A stretch of 32,000 nt of DNA from Kiritimatiella glycovorans (GCF_001017655.1 NZ_CP010904.1:2760001-2792000), one strand, 5' to 3'; shown: positions 18,899 to 29,000, numbered from the stretch's first letter. Translations and numbers: made by a program. The notes: a model not told the origin generated them from the sequence alone.

Positions 18899-19848
18899 GC
18901 GTTATCCGGTCGTGCCTCGCCCGGCCCTTCCCCGTCTTCCGCGCTGTGGCTGAGGTACGCCGCCATCGCGCCCTCGCCCCCGCCCCCGCCCCGGGCGCGG
19001 GCCACGACGTCGAGGAAATACCGTTCCAGGTCGATGCGCGGATGCGCCAGCCCCGGCCTTTCGCCCAGGCGACCCGCGAGGTCCTCCAGGAGGGCCTCGA
19101 GTTCGGCGGGCGGCATGGCGGGCAGATCGAGGAGGTAGCGCTGACGCTCCTCCAGCAGTTCGTCCAGCGCGCCCGAGGCGCGGATGCGGCCGTCGTAGAG
19201 AATGGCGATCCGGTCACAGACGTCCTCGATCTCCGCGAGGAGGTGGGAAGAGACCAGCACCGATTTGCCCCTCGACGCCAGGGTGCGGATGATATCCTTG
19301 ACCTGCCGCCGCCCGAGCGGATCGAGTCCCGAGGTGGGTTCGTCCAGGAGGATCAGCGCGGGATCGTTGATCAGTGCCTGGGCGAGGCCGACGCGCCGGG
19401 TCATGCCCTTGGAGAATTCGCCCACCGGCCGGTGCCGCGCCGCCGCGAGGCCGGTCATGTCGACCAGCTGGTCCACGCGCCGCCGCCGTTCTTCGCGGGG
19501 GAGATCGAACAGTTTGCCGTAGAAGTGGAGCGTTTCCTCCGCACTCAGGTAGGGGTAGAGCGCCGACTCCTCGGGCAGGTAGCCGAGTTCGTGTTTCGCG
19601 CGCACGTCGCGCGGCGGGCGGCCCAGCACCTCCAGCGATCCCGACGTGGGGTGCAGCAGCCCGAGAATCATTTTGATGGCCGTCGTCTTGCCCGAACCGT
19701 TGGGGCCGAGCAGACCGAAAACCTCGCCGCGCCGCACCTCGAAGGATACGTCGTCCACCGCACGGACCTTCGGACGCCGCCAGAAATCGCGGAAAATCCT
19801 GGTAAGGCCGGCTGCGCGGACCACGGACTCGCTCTGCATGCTATTCAT
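18895..19848 (-). CDS. ABC transporter ATP-binding protein (ABC-2/CcmA-like subfamily) with ~80-aa C-terminal extension
   Basis: Walker A is GPNGSGKTT, the signature variant is FSKGMTRRVGLAQAL, Walker B is LILLDEPTSGLD and the H-loop is SSHLL. The track start 19857 is a TTG. The first ATG is 19848 (MNSMQSE), with another at 19839, so the start is uncertain by a few codons. Confidence 0.92.
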   Translation of the reverse strand: MNSMQSESVVRAAGLTRIFRDFWRRPKVRAVDDVSFEVRRGEVFGLLGPNGSGKTTAIKMILGLLHPTSGSLEVLGRPPRDVRAKHELGYLPEESALYPYLSAEETLHFYGKLFDLPREERRRRVDQLVDMTGLAAARHRPVGEFSKGMTRRVGLAQALINDPALILLDEPTSGLDPLGRRQVKDIIRTLASRGKSVLVSSHLLAEIEDVCDRIAILYDGRIRASGALDELLEERQRYLLDLPAMPPAELEALLEDLAGRLGERPGLAHPRIDLERYFLDVVARARGGGGGEGAMAAYLSHSAEDGEGPGEARPDNA

Positions 19849-19857
19849 GCCCGCCAA

Positions 19858-19990
19858 TATAATGGCACCCCGGCACCCCTTCTAATTAAAAACGAACTTT
19901 TTGAGGGTGGCCGCGTTCGCAAAGGGGGTGTAATAATGAGCCGGGAGACGCAGCAAAACGGCAGAGGGCGCAACCGACTTTACGACGCAT
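19858..19990. promoter_or_regulatory. Divergent intergenic region between the ABC operon and addB-like gene, with an AT-rich island and a perfect TATAAT
   Basis: TATAAT lies on the + strand at 19858-19863. The AT-rich stretch CTTCTAATTAAAAACGAACTTTTTGAG (~19880-19906) is unusual for this GC-rich sequence. No clear -35 box is present. Function is inferred from position only. Confidence 0.3.
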
Positions 19991-22882
19991 ATGAGCCGAC
20001 CACACCGAGAGACCGAAGCCGCAGGCCGTGTCTGCGGCCGTCACAGCGGCTGCCGCAACCCCGGGACCTGCCGGGTGTCCAGGAGGCTCTGCGATCACCC
20101 CTCCCCCCTCCCCTCCGCGCTGGAGTTCTGTGCGGAGCGGCTGGAGGCGGGGTGCGGTTCCGGTCCGCTCGACCTGCGCGACCGGCTGCTGATCGTGCCG
20201 ACGCGGCACGCGGGCCGGCGCCTGCGGGAGGAACTGGCGCGGCGCGCGGCGGCGCGCGGCAGCGCGGTCATCCCCGGGCCGCTGACGACGCCCGGCGGTC
20301 TCTGCCGCCCCCCGGAGAGCGCGCAGACCGCCCCGCGCAGCGTGACGGCGGCGGTGTGGGCCGATCTCCTGCGCGAGACGCGCGGCAACGGGGTGCAGGC
20401 GCTTTTCCCCCGCGGCGGAAACGACCGCGAGGCCGATCCGGCCTCGGATCTCGCGCTGGCCGAGCGCATCCAACGCCTGCGCGAAGAGCTGGACGAGGAG
20501 GACAGCTCGATCGCGCACCTCGCGGAGATGCTCGCGGAGCGGCCGGGCGAGGGTCCGCGCTGGCGCGACCTGCTCAGGCTGGAAGAACTCTACCGAGAAA
20601 GACTCGCCGGTCTCGGCTTCACGGACCCCTGCGATTCCCGTCGCGCCTTCCGCGCCGACCCGGCGCTGCCCGAAGGGGTCGAACGCATCTGTGTACTCTG
20701 CGTGCCGGACCCGCTCCCCGCCGCGATCTCCGTCCTCGAGCGCTTTGCGCAAAAGGTGCCCGTCGAGATCTGGGTCCACGCGCCCGAGGACCTCGCCCCC
20801 GGCTTCGATGCGTGGGGGCGGCCGGACCCGGACTTCTGGACGACGCGCACGCTGCCTTTCGACGGGACTTCGGTGCATGCCACCGCCGATACGGGCGACC
20901 AGGTGACCGAGCTGCGCGAGGCCCTGCTGCGGCGGAAGCCGGATACGGAGCCGCCGCTGATCGGCGTTCCCGACCGCGAGGTGGGCCGGATGCTGTCCGC
21001 CGAACTCGAATCGGCAGGGGTCGAGGCGTACGATCCGGCCGGCCGGCCGCTGCGTCATCACGCCCTCTACCGCCTGCTCGACCATCTCGTGAGTCTGCTG
21101 CGGGACGGTTCCTGCGGGAGCGTGGCGCGGTTCCTGCGTCATCCCCGCACGCTGGGGTGGCTGGAGTCGCGGATCGAGGGCTTCGATGACGAGGCTTTTC
21201 TCCGCCAGCTCGATGACTGCCGCGACCGGCATCTCGTGACCGACCGGGAGGCGCTCCGGGAGCGCGCCGGCGCGATGGAGGACGGCTCGCTGCTGCGCCG
21301 CGCCGTGGAGGAGACCGAGTCGCTGATCGGACGGCTCGAGGGCGGCGACTTCCCCGACGCGCTCGCGGGCTGGCTGGAAGAGGTGTACCGTACGCGTGCC
21401 TGGTCGCGGTCGCGCGCGGAGGATCGTCTGCTCGCCGAGGCCGCGCGTGCCGTGCTGGAGGCCCTCGACGAAGTGCGGGCCGCGCCCGGCGCACGCTGGC
21501 GCGAGGCGGCCGGCGCCGGGACGCTGCTGCTCCACCGGCTCCGTGACGAGGCGGTCTACGAAGAGCGCGACCCCCGGGCCCTCGACCTGCTCGGCTGGCT
21601 CGAACTGCCCTGGGAACCCTCTGCGCGCCTCTGGCTGTCCGGTATGCACGAGGGCGCCGTCCCGGCGAGCGTGATCGGCGACCCCTTCCTGCCCGACGGG
21701 TTGCGCGAGGAGGCGGGGTTCCGGGACAACGCGTTTCGCTACGCCCGCGACGTGTACCTGCTGGAGTCCCTGCTGCGGTCGCGGGAAGGGGCACACGTCT
21801 CCTTCTTCCTCAGCCGCAGCGACGCCTCGGGCGAGCCGCTGAAGCCCTCGCGCCTCCTGTTTCACTGTACCGACGAAGCACTCCCGGACCGCACGAGGCA
21901 GCTCTTTTCCGCGCCGCCGCCGATGCACGCCGGCGCCCCGTTCTCCGTGCCCTGGCACCTTCAGCCGCCCGATCCGGCCGGGCATCCTCTGGAGTGCCTG
22001 TACGTGACCGACTTCCGCGCCTATCTTGAGTCGCCGCTCTGCTTCTACTTTCGCCGCGTGCTGGACATGGAGCCGCTTGACGAGTCGCGTATGCAGATGG
22101 ACGCCCGCGCCTTCGGTTCCATCGCGCACGGCGCGCTCGAGCAGATGGGACGCGACCGCTCCGTGTGCGATTCCACGGACGAATCCGAACTGGCCGCGTT
22201 TCTGGAGTCCGCCGCCGGGCGGCTGATGCGGGACCGGTACGGACGACGCTGGCCCGCGCCGCTCGCCGTCCAGTGGGAATCGCTGCGCCGCCGCCTGCGG
22301 CAGGCCGCCCGCGTCCAGGCGCGCGAACGCCGGGCGGGCTGGAGGATCGCGGAGGTCGAGCGGGACGCGGAGCTGGAACTGGGCGGGTTTTCCGTGCGGG
22401 GACGCATCGACCGGATCGACCGCCACGAAACCACGGGCGCGCTGAGGGTCCTGGACTACAAGACCACCGACCGCGTGACGCCGCCGGCCAGGGTGCACCT
22501 GGCCCGGTGGCGCGGCGACGCACCCGCCTGCGCGCACGTGGAGGTCATGGACCGCGGCTCACCCCGGTCGTACCGCTGGCTCGACCTCCAGCTTCCGCTC
22601 TACCTTCTGATGACGGATGCGCAGGAGGCCCCGGTGCAGTGCGGATACTTCGTGCTTCCGAAGGCCACCTCGGAGACGGAGGTCCTGCTCTGGGAGGATC
22701 TGGACGCCGGCCTGGCCGCCTCGGCCCGAACCTGCGCGGAGGCGATCGCCGGCCGCATCCGGCGGGGCGAGTACACGCCTTTGAAACCTCCCGCCCACGG
22801 GGAGGACTGGGATCCGCTCTTCGTGCGCCGCGATCCCTCCGAGGTCTGCGCGGCGCCGGGCGGCGGGGAGGCCTCGTCATGA
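19991..22882 (+). CDS. addB: AddB/RexB-like PD-(D/E)XK nuclease subunit of an AddAB-type helicase-nuclease
   Basis: 963 aa with no Walker A motif. The N-terminal region has LLIVPTRHAGRRLREEL. The C-terminal RecB-family nuclease motifs are SPLCFYFRRVL, GSIAHGALE, GRIDRIDRHE...LRVLDYKTT and LQLPLYLL. It lies directly upstream of the UvrD-type subunit, overlapping it by ATGA. The first ~28 residues are Arg/Cys-rich and unconvincing, so the real start may be GTG 20075. Confidence 0.8.
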   Translation: MSRPHRETEAAGRVCGRHSGCRNPGTCRVSRRLCDHPSPLPSALEFCAERLEAGCGSGPLDLRDRLLIVPTRHAGRRLREELARRAAARGSAVIPGPLTTPGGLCRPPESAQTAPRSVTAAVWADLLRETRGNGVQALFPRGGNDREADPASDLALAERIQRLREELDEEDSSIAHLAEMLAERPGEGPRWRDLLRLEELYRERLAGLGFTDPCDSRRAFRADPALPEGVERICVLCVPDPLPAAISVLERFAQKVPVEIWVHAPEDLAPGFDAWGRPDPDFWTTRTLPFDGTSVHATADTGDQVTELREALLRRKPDTEPPLIGVPDREVGRMLSAELESAGVEAYDPAGRPLRHHALYRLLDHLVSLLRDGSCGSVARFLRHPRTLGWLESRIEGFDDEAFLRQLDDCRDRHLVTDREALRERAGAMEDGSLLRRAVEETESLIGRLEGGDFPDALAGWLEEVYRTRAWSRSRAEDRLLAEAARAVLEALDEVRAAPGARWREAAGAGTLLLHRLRDEAVYEERDPRALDLLGWLELPWEPSARLWLSGMHEGAVPASVIGDPFLPDGLREEAGFRDNAFRYARDVYLLESLLRSREGAHVSFFLSRSDASGEPLKPSRLLFHCTDEALPDRTRQLFSAPPPMHAGAPFSVPWHLQPPDPAGHPLECLYVTDFRAYLESPLCFYFRRVLDMEPLDESRMQMDARAFGSIAHGALEQMGRDRSVCDSTDESELAAFLESAAGRLMRDRYGRRWPAPLAVQWESLRRRLRQAARVQARERRAGWRIAEVERDAELELGGFSVRGRIDRIDRHETTGALRVLDYKTTDRVTPPARVHLARWRGDAPACAHVEVMDRGSPRSYRWLDLQLPLYLLMTDAQEAPVQCGYFVLPKATSETEVLLWEDLDAGLAASARTCAEAIAGRIRRGEYTPLKPPAHGEDWDPLFVRRDPSEVCAAPGGGEASS

Positions 22883-25800
22883 GTCCGGGTCATCGCGTCA
22901 TCTCCGCCTCCGCCGGCGCCGGCAAGACCTATCAGCTGACCCTGCGCTACATCGCCCTGCTCGCCGCCGGCGCCGACCCGCGCGAAATCGTGGCCCTGAC
23001 CTTTTCCCGCAAGGCCGCCGGGGAGATCTTCGACCGCATCGTGCAGCGCATCGCCGGCGCCGCCGCGGATGAGGGGGAACGCGCCGGGCTGAACCGGGAA
23101 CTCGGCGGGGAACGGGACCTCGGCCGCGCCGACCTGGTCGGGTTCCTGCGCGCAGTCCTGCGTTCCGTCCCCCTGCTCCGGATCGGCACGCTCGACAGCT
23201 TCTTCGTCAGCGTGCTCGGCGCGTTCCCCTTTGAATTCGGGCTGACCGCCCCGCTGGAGATTCTCGACGACGAGCGCAGCGTGCTGGAACGCGAGCGGCT
23301 CCTGCGCCGCCTGTTCGCGGCGGAGACCGCGGGCGGCGGGATCGAAGCGCTCTACGAGGACTTCCGGGACGCCACTTTCGGACGGGAGGAGAAGGATGTC
23401 CTCGCGCAGCTCACGGCGTCGTTCGACGCCGGCCACCGCGTACTGCTCGACGTGCCCGACGCCCGGTTGTGGGGGAACGCACCCGCGATCTGGCCGCAGG
23501 GATCGGACTGGTTCCGTCCCGGAGATCCCGAGATCGCGGAGTCGTGCGCGCAGGCGAACGAAGCGCTCGCCGGGATGAAGATGAACGCGAAGCAGAGGGA
23601 AGCCTGGACGCGTTTTCTCGACGCCGCGGAGGGATACCATCCGGCCGCGGGCTTCGAGAAGAAGACGGAGGATTTTTTCGCCAAGCTGCTCGCCCTGTAC
23701 CCCGAACTGGAACAGGGCGGGCCGGCGGAGATCACGAATCACAGAAAACAGGAGCTGGGGCAGGACCTCTGTCCCGCGCTCGCCGCCGTGGTCCGGCACG
23801 TGATGCGCTGTCAGTTCGCGCTGCGCCTGAAAGTGACCGCCGGGCACTACGGCCTGCTGCGGCGGTACGAGAAGGAGTACCAGCGCTCGCTCCGCCGCCA
23901 CGGACGGCTGAGTTTCGACGACCTGCGCCTGCTGCTGGCCTCGGGTCCCGACCCGCTGGAGCGGGAGGGACGTCCGGTGCTCAGCTCGAGGGGAGACGAC
24001 GGCGGGCGGCGCCTCTATATCGACTACCGGCTGGACGGCCGATACCGGCACTGGCTGCTCGACGAATTCCAGGACACGTCCATCGACCAGTGGAAGGTGC
24101 TGGCCAACCTCGCCGACGAGGTCTTTCAGGCGGACGAGGGCGAACGCACCTTTTTCTATGTCGGCGATGTCAAACAGGCCATCTACGGCTGGCGCGGGGG
24201 TGACGCACGGCTGTTCGACGAAGTGCTCGACCACTACCGCGATCGGATTGAGGTCCGTGCACTCTCCGAGTCGTGGCGCTCCTCGCCCCGCATCATGGAC
24301 GCCGTGAACGGCGTGTTCGGCGCGCTCGACCGTGTGCCCGGGCTTCCGGCTCGCGTCCGTGAACGCTGGGCGCGGCACTGGCAGCCGCACAGCTCCGCCG
24401 GGCCGCGCCGTTCGATGGCCGGATGGGTGGAACTGACGGAGATCCGGGCGGGCGAGTCCAAGCCGGAGCGCCTGAGGAAGCGCGCGGCCTGGGTCGCGCA
24501 GCGTCTGCGGCACATTCCCCCGCAGGCGACGCGCGCGGTGCTGGTGACCCGCAACGCCGCGGGTGCCGAGGTCGTCGAAACCCTGCGGGCGGAAGGTATA
24601 GAAGCCGTCTGGGAGGGAGAACGCCGTATCACGGACTGCCCCGCCGTCACCGCCCTCCTCTCGCTGCTCCAGCTCGCCGAACACCCGGGCGACCGTTTTG
24701 CGCTCGAGCACGTCCGGATGACCCCGCTGGCGGCTGCGTGCGTGACGCGCAGCGGATCGCCCCGGGGCGCGGCGCGCGAGGTACGGGCGGGATTGAGCAC
24801 GCGCGGATTCGAGCATGTACTCCGCGAGTGGGCGGGAGCGCTGCTCGAGGAGGGCCGCTGCCATCGAGACCCGTTCACGAACCGTCGCGTCGGGGAGCTG
24901 CTGGAGGCCGCCCGGCGATTCGACGCCGGCGGCGGGGGGGGCGTGCACGATTTCCGGCGCTTCGCGGAGGCGTACCGCGCCTCCGAGGCGGCCGACCCCT
25001 CCGCGGTGCGCGTCATGACCATCCATCGCGCCAAGGGCCTGGAATTCGACGCCGTGTTTCTCCCCGATCTCAACGACCGCGACATGCTGAAGGATCGGGA
25101 CGGAGGGCTGGCCGTGGAGTGCGACGACGATCTCGAACGCAGCCCCCGGTGGGTGCTCGACCTTCCCAGGCGTCTCTTCGTCGAAGCCGACCCGACCGTC
25201 GGTGCATGGCAGCAGCGGCGCGATCGGGAGGGGGCCTTTGAGCAGTTGTGTGTGCTCTACGTGGCCATGACCAGGGCCGCCCGCGCCCTGTACATGGCCG
25301 TGGAGCCTCCGCCGCGAAGTTCGAGCACGGTCGTCTTTGCGGATGTGCTGCGTGCCGCGCTCGGAGCCGCGGACGGCGGCGGGGACGAGCAGGCCCTCTA
25401 CCGGGACGGGGATCCGGAGTGGTGGGGCGATGTTGAGGAGGACGCCGGGTCGCCGTCGCCTGAATTCGTCGAGCGTCTCATCGATAGTTCGCTCCCGGAG
25501 CGGCGCGCGCACCGGCTGCGCAGGCGGACGCCTTCCGCAGAAGACGAGACGGCGGGCGACGCCGGGAGGCTTTTCGACCGCGGGCGGCGCGAAGCCGCGG
25601 CGTACGGAACGCTCGTCCACCGGATGTTCGAGGCGGTGGAATGGATCGATGATCTCGATCCGGCCGCGGTCGCCGCGCGGGCGGGGGCGGGTGAGGCGTC
25701 CGGTCCGGCCGGCCGGGCCGAAGCCGCGCTCCGGCGGTGCGCGGAGAACGCCTCCGCCCGCGCCCTGCTCGCTCATCCCGGCGGCACGGCCGAGGTCTGG

Positions 25801-26097
25801 AGGGAATACCCCTTCGAGATCGTGCACGGCGGCGAATGGGTTTCGGGACGCTTCGACCGCGTGGTGGTCCGCCGTGACGGCGCAGGGGCGATTGCGCGCG
25901 TCCTGCTGGTGGACATCAAGACCGGCGCCACTCCGCCGGAAGAGGCCGCCGCCCGGTACGGCCGCCAGCTCGAACTCTATGCGGAAGTTCTTGCGCGGCT
26001 GACCGGGCTGCCCGTGGGACGGATCGACCGCGCCCTGCTGCTGGCGGACCGCGGCCAAGGCGTGCGGGTGGGGGGACCGGAGTCGGAACAGGAATGA
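22879..26097 (+). CDS. addA: AddA/RexA-like UvrD-family helicase with C-terminal PD-(D/E)XK nuclease domain
   Basis: 1072 aa from ATG 22879; the upstream part of track ORF 22165.. overlaps addB out of frame. Helicase motifs: SASAGAGKT (I), LLDEFQDTS (II), YVGDVKQAIYGWRGGD (III), MTIHRAKGLEFDAVFL (V) and LYVAMTRAARALYM (VI). Nuclease motifs: GTLVHRMFE, GRFDRVVV...LLVDIKTG and YGRQLELYAEVL. Confidence 0.88.
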   Translation: MSPGHRVISASAGAGKTYQLTLRYIALLAAGADPREIVALTFSRKAAGEIFDRIVQRIAGAAADEGERAGLNRELGGERDLGRADLVGFLRAVLRSVPLLRIGTLDSFFVSVLGAFPFEFGLTAPLEILDDERSVLERERLLRRLFAAETAGGGIEALYEDFRDATFGREEKDVLAQLTASFDAGHRVLLDVPDARLWGNAPAIWPQGSDWFRPGDPEIAESCAQANEALAGMKMNAKQREAWTRFLDAAEGYHPAAGFEKKTEDFFAKLLALYPELEQGGPAEITNHRKQELGQDLCPALAAVVRHVMRCQFALRLKVTAGHYGLLRRYEKEYQRSLRRHGRLSFDDLRLLLASGPDPLEREGRPVLSSRGDDGGRRLYIDYRLDGRYRHWLLDEFQDTSIDQWKVLANLADEVFQADEGERTFFYVGDVKQAIYGWRGGDARLFDEVLDHYRDRIEVRALSESWRSSPRIMDAVNGVFGALDRVPGLPARVRERWARHWQPHSSAGPRRSMAGWVELTEIRAGESKPERLRKRAAWVAQRLRHIPPQATRAVLVTRNAAGAEVVETLRAEGIEAVWEGERRITDCPAVTALLSLLQLAEHPGDRFALEHVRMTPLAAACVTRSGSPRGAAREVRAGLSTRGFEHVLREWAGALLEEGRCHRDPFTNRRVGELLEAARRFDAGGGGGVHDFRRFAEAYRASEAADPSAVRVMTIHRAKGLEFDAVFLPDLNDRDMLKDRDGGLAVECDDDLERSPRWVLDLPRRLFVEADPTVGAWQQRRDREGAFEQLCVLYVAMTRAARALYMAVEPPPRSSSTVVFADVLRAALGAADGGGDEQALYRDGDPEWWGDVEEDAGSPSPEFVERLIDSSLPERRAHRLRRRTPSAEDETAGDAGRLFDRGRREAAAYGTLVHRMFEAVEWIDDLDPAAVAARAGAGEASGPAGRAEAALRRCAENASARALLAHPGGTAEVWREYPFEIVHGGEWVSGRFDRVVVRRDGAGAIARVLLVDIKTGATPPEEAAARYGRQLELYAEVLARLTGLPVGRIDRALLLADRGQGVRVGGPESEQE

Positions 26098-26119
26098 CAG
26101 CAAAGGTGAGGAGTCGGAG

Positions 26120-27550
26120 ATGAACAGATGGATCATGACACGGGGATGGATGTTCGCGGCCGCGGGCGTGACAGCGGCGGCCGCCGCGCCGGAGACGGCG
26201 ATCACGGTGTACAGCGATGATTATGCGGCGGTCCGCGAGGTGCGTTCGCTGCACCTCGACCGCGGGCTCAATGAGGATGTCTTAACGGGCGACCTGCCCC
26301 GCGGGGTCGAGACCGGCTCCGTCCTGCTCTCACCACTCGAGCCGGAGCGCTTCGAGGTACACGGGATGGTCTTCCGCCCGGCGGCGCGGAACGGCAACGA
26401 CCTGCTCCCGCACTTCGTCGGCGAACAGCTCGAATTCGAACAGCGTTTCTCCGAGGGCGTACGTACGGTTAAGGGACGGCTCGTCCGTGCCGGTGCGGAA
26501 GGCGAACCGGTGGTCGAGACGGACAACCGCTACCGATTCGGCCTGCCGGGCACACCGCTCTTCCCCCCCGCGCCCTCCGACGGGCTGCTGCGGCCCGCCA
26601 TGCGCTGGACGCTGCACGCCGCGAAGTCCGGCGCGGCCGAGGCCGAACTCGCCTACCTGACCCGCGGCATGAGCTGGTCGGCCCTCTACCGGTTCGAGTC
26701 GGCGGAGGATTCCGAGCGCGGCGATTTCAGCGGATGGGTCCTCGTCCGCAATCAGACCGGGAGCCGGTTCGAGGACGCGCAGGTGCGCCTGCTGGCCGGC
26801 GAGGTCCACCGGAGCGCGGACCGGGAAACACGGGGCCGGAGAACAGAGAGGGTCGGCTTTTCCCTGGCCAGGGCGGCCGCCGCCGCGCCGAAGGTCGAGG
26901 AGCGGTCGGTCGACGAGTACCACCTCTACCGGATCGACACGCCGCTGACGCTGGAGGAGGACACCGAAAGGCGCGTCCCGTGGATCCGCGCCGCGTCGGT
27001 GGGAGCGAAACGGCGCTACGTCTATGAAGGCCCCGGCGCGGGGCACCGCTATTACGTGCACAACAACGAGAGCTTCGGGACCGAGGCGCCTGAACAGGTG
27101 GGTGTGGTGCGGGAGATTCTCAATGAAGAGAGCAACGGGCTCGGAATCCCGCTGCCCACCGGGCGCGTGCAGTTCTACCGCAGGGACGCCGGCGACGCCG
27201 CGCCGGTGCTGGTCGGCGAGAACACGATCCCGCACATCCCGCAGGGCGAGACGATGCGCCTCTACACCGGCCGGGCCTTCGATCTGGTGGGCGAACGCAA
27301 GCGGACCGGATTCGATCTCGACAGCCGCGCACGCCGCCTGGACGAAACGTACGTGATCACCCTGCGCAACCGCAAGGAGACGCCCGTCACCATCCGGATA
27401 CGCGAACACCTCGTCCGCTGGCCCGACGCCGAGATCCTCTCCGCCTCGCACGAGCATCGCCGGCCCGAAGACCGCCTGCTGCTCTTTGACGTATCGGTCA
27501 AACCGGACGAGGAGAAAACCGTCACCTACACCGTGCGGTACACGTGGTAG
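26120..27550 (+). CDS. Exported DUF4139-like protein (MuiA/'mucoidy inhibitor A'-type family), function unknown
   Basis: 476 aa. The signal-like N-terminus is MNRWIMTRGWMFAAAGVTAAAAAPE. The family-typical core is AELAYLTRGMSWSALYRF...FSGWVLVRNQTGSRFEDAQVRLLAGEV and the C-terminal beta-rich end is EEKTVTYTVRYTW. A GGTGAGGAG Shine-Dalgarno is present, and the gene starts 22 nt after the addA stop. The family call is from remembered sequence patterns, not a search. Confidence 0.72.
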   Translation: MNRWIMTRGWMFAAAGVTAAAAAPETAITVYSDDYAAVREVRSLHLDRGLNEDVLTGDLPRGVETGSVLLSPLEPERFEVHGMVFRPAARNGNDLLPHFVGEQLEFEQRFSEGVRTVKGRLVRAGAEGEPVVETDNRYRFGLPGTPLFPPAPSDGLLRPAMRWTLHAAKSGAAEAELAYLTRGMSWSALYRFESAEDSERGDFSGWVLVRNQTGSRFEDAQVRLLAGEVHRSADRETRGRRTERVGFSLARAAAAAPKVEERSVDEYHLYRIDTPLTLEEDTERRVPWIRAASVGAKRRYVYEGPGAGHRYYVHNNESFGTEAPEQVGVVREILNEESNGLGIPLPTGRVQFYRRDAGDAAPVLVGENTIPHIPQGETMRLYTGRAFDLVGERKRTGFDLDSRARRLDETYVITLRNRKETPVTIRIREHLVRWPDAEILSASHEHRRPEDRLLLFDVSVKPDEEKTVTYTVRYTW

Positions 27551-27566
27551 GCGAACGCGACAGGGG

Positions 27567-27596
27567 GAGAGGGTCTTTCGGCATTGACCCCCTCTC
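27567..27596 (+). terminator. Weak GC-rich hairpin downstream of the DUF4139-like gene (possible terminator, non-canonical)
   Basis: GAGAGGGTC (27567-27575) pairs with GACCCCCTCTC (27586-27596) with a 2-nt bulge and a 10-nt loop. No T-tract follows. Confidence 0.25.
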
Positions 27597-27689
27597 GCCC
27601 GCGCGCGTACCCTGTCGGCTCGCGGATCGAGCACGCTGCGGGAGACCCTGTCTCCCGTGTGAAACGAGGAATATTACCCGGGAAGAGAC

Positions 27690-28972
<1,283 letters not shown>

Positions 28973-28976
<4 letters not shown>

Positions 28977-28998
28977 GTGAGAAACCTGAGACCTGAGT
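28973..28998 (+). repeat. Dispersed copy of the repeat-locus core motif, embedding the purA stop codon
   Basis: TTGAGTGAGAAACCTGAGACCTGAGT is near-identical to the core of the arms and units at 15881-15929, 15906-15940, 15966-15993, 16017-16051, 16075-16109 and the reverse complement of 16154-16210. The purA TGA (28974-28976) is the first TGA of the motif. Confidence 0.85.
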
Positions 28999-29000
28999 CG

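Noticed and set aside
16228-19217. Long ORFs 16228..17721 (+), 17525..18877 (+) and 17976..19217 (-) over the ABC operon
   Set aside because: The chosen minus-strand frames show TM helices, Walker motifs and coupled start/stop overlaps. The alternatives are Arg/Pro/Gly-rich shadows.
18946-21189. 747-aa ORF on the + strand
   Set aside because: It runs antisense through the ABC ATPase, crosses the intergenic region and continues out of frame through the addB-like gene. It cannot be a real gene.
19886-26205. 883-aa (19886..22537) and 1201-aa (22600..26205) ORFs on the - strand
   Set aside because: They are antisense to the addB-like and addA-like genes, which carry clear helicase and nuclease motifs. 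The shadow products are low-complexity Arg/Gly/Pro-rich.
27601-27689. Possible riboswitch or leader upstream of purA (hairpin CGGGAGA-CCCTG-TCTCCCG at 27639-27657; ACCCTGTC repeated twice)
   Set aside because: It is a short single hairpin with no resemblance I can recognise to known purine or other riboswitch cores. The evidence is insufficient.
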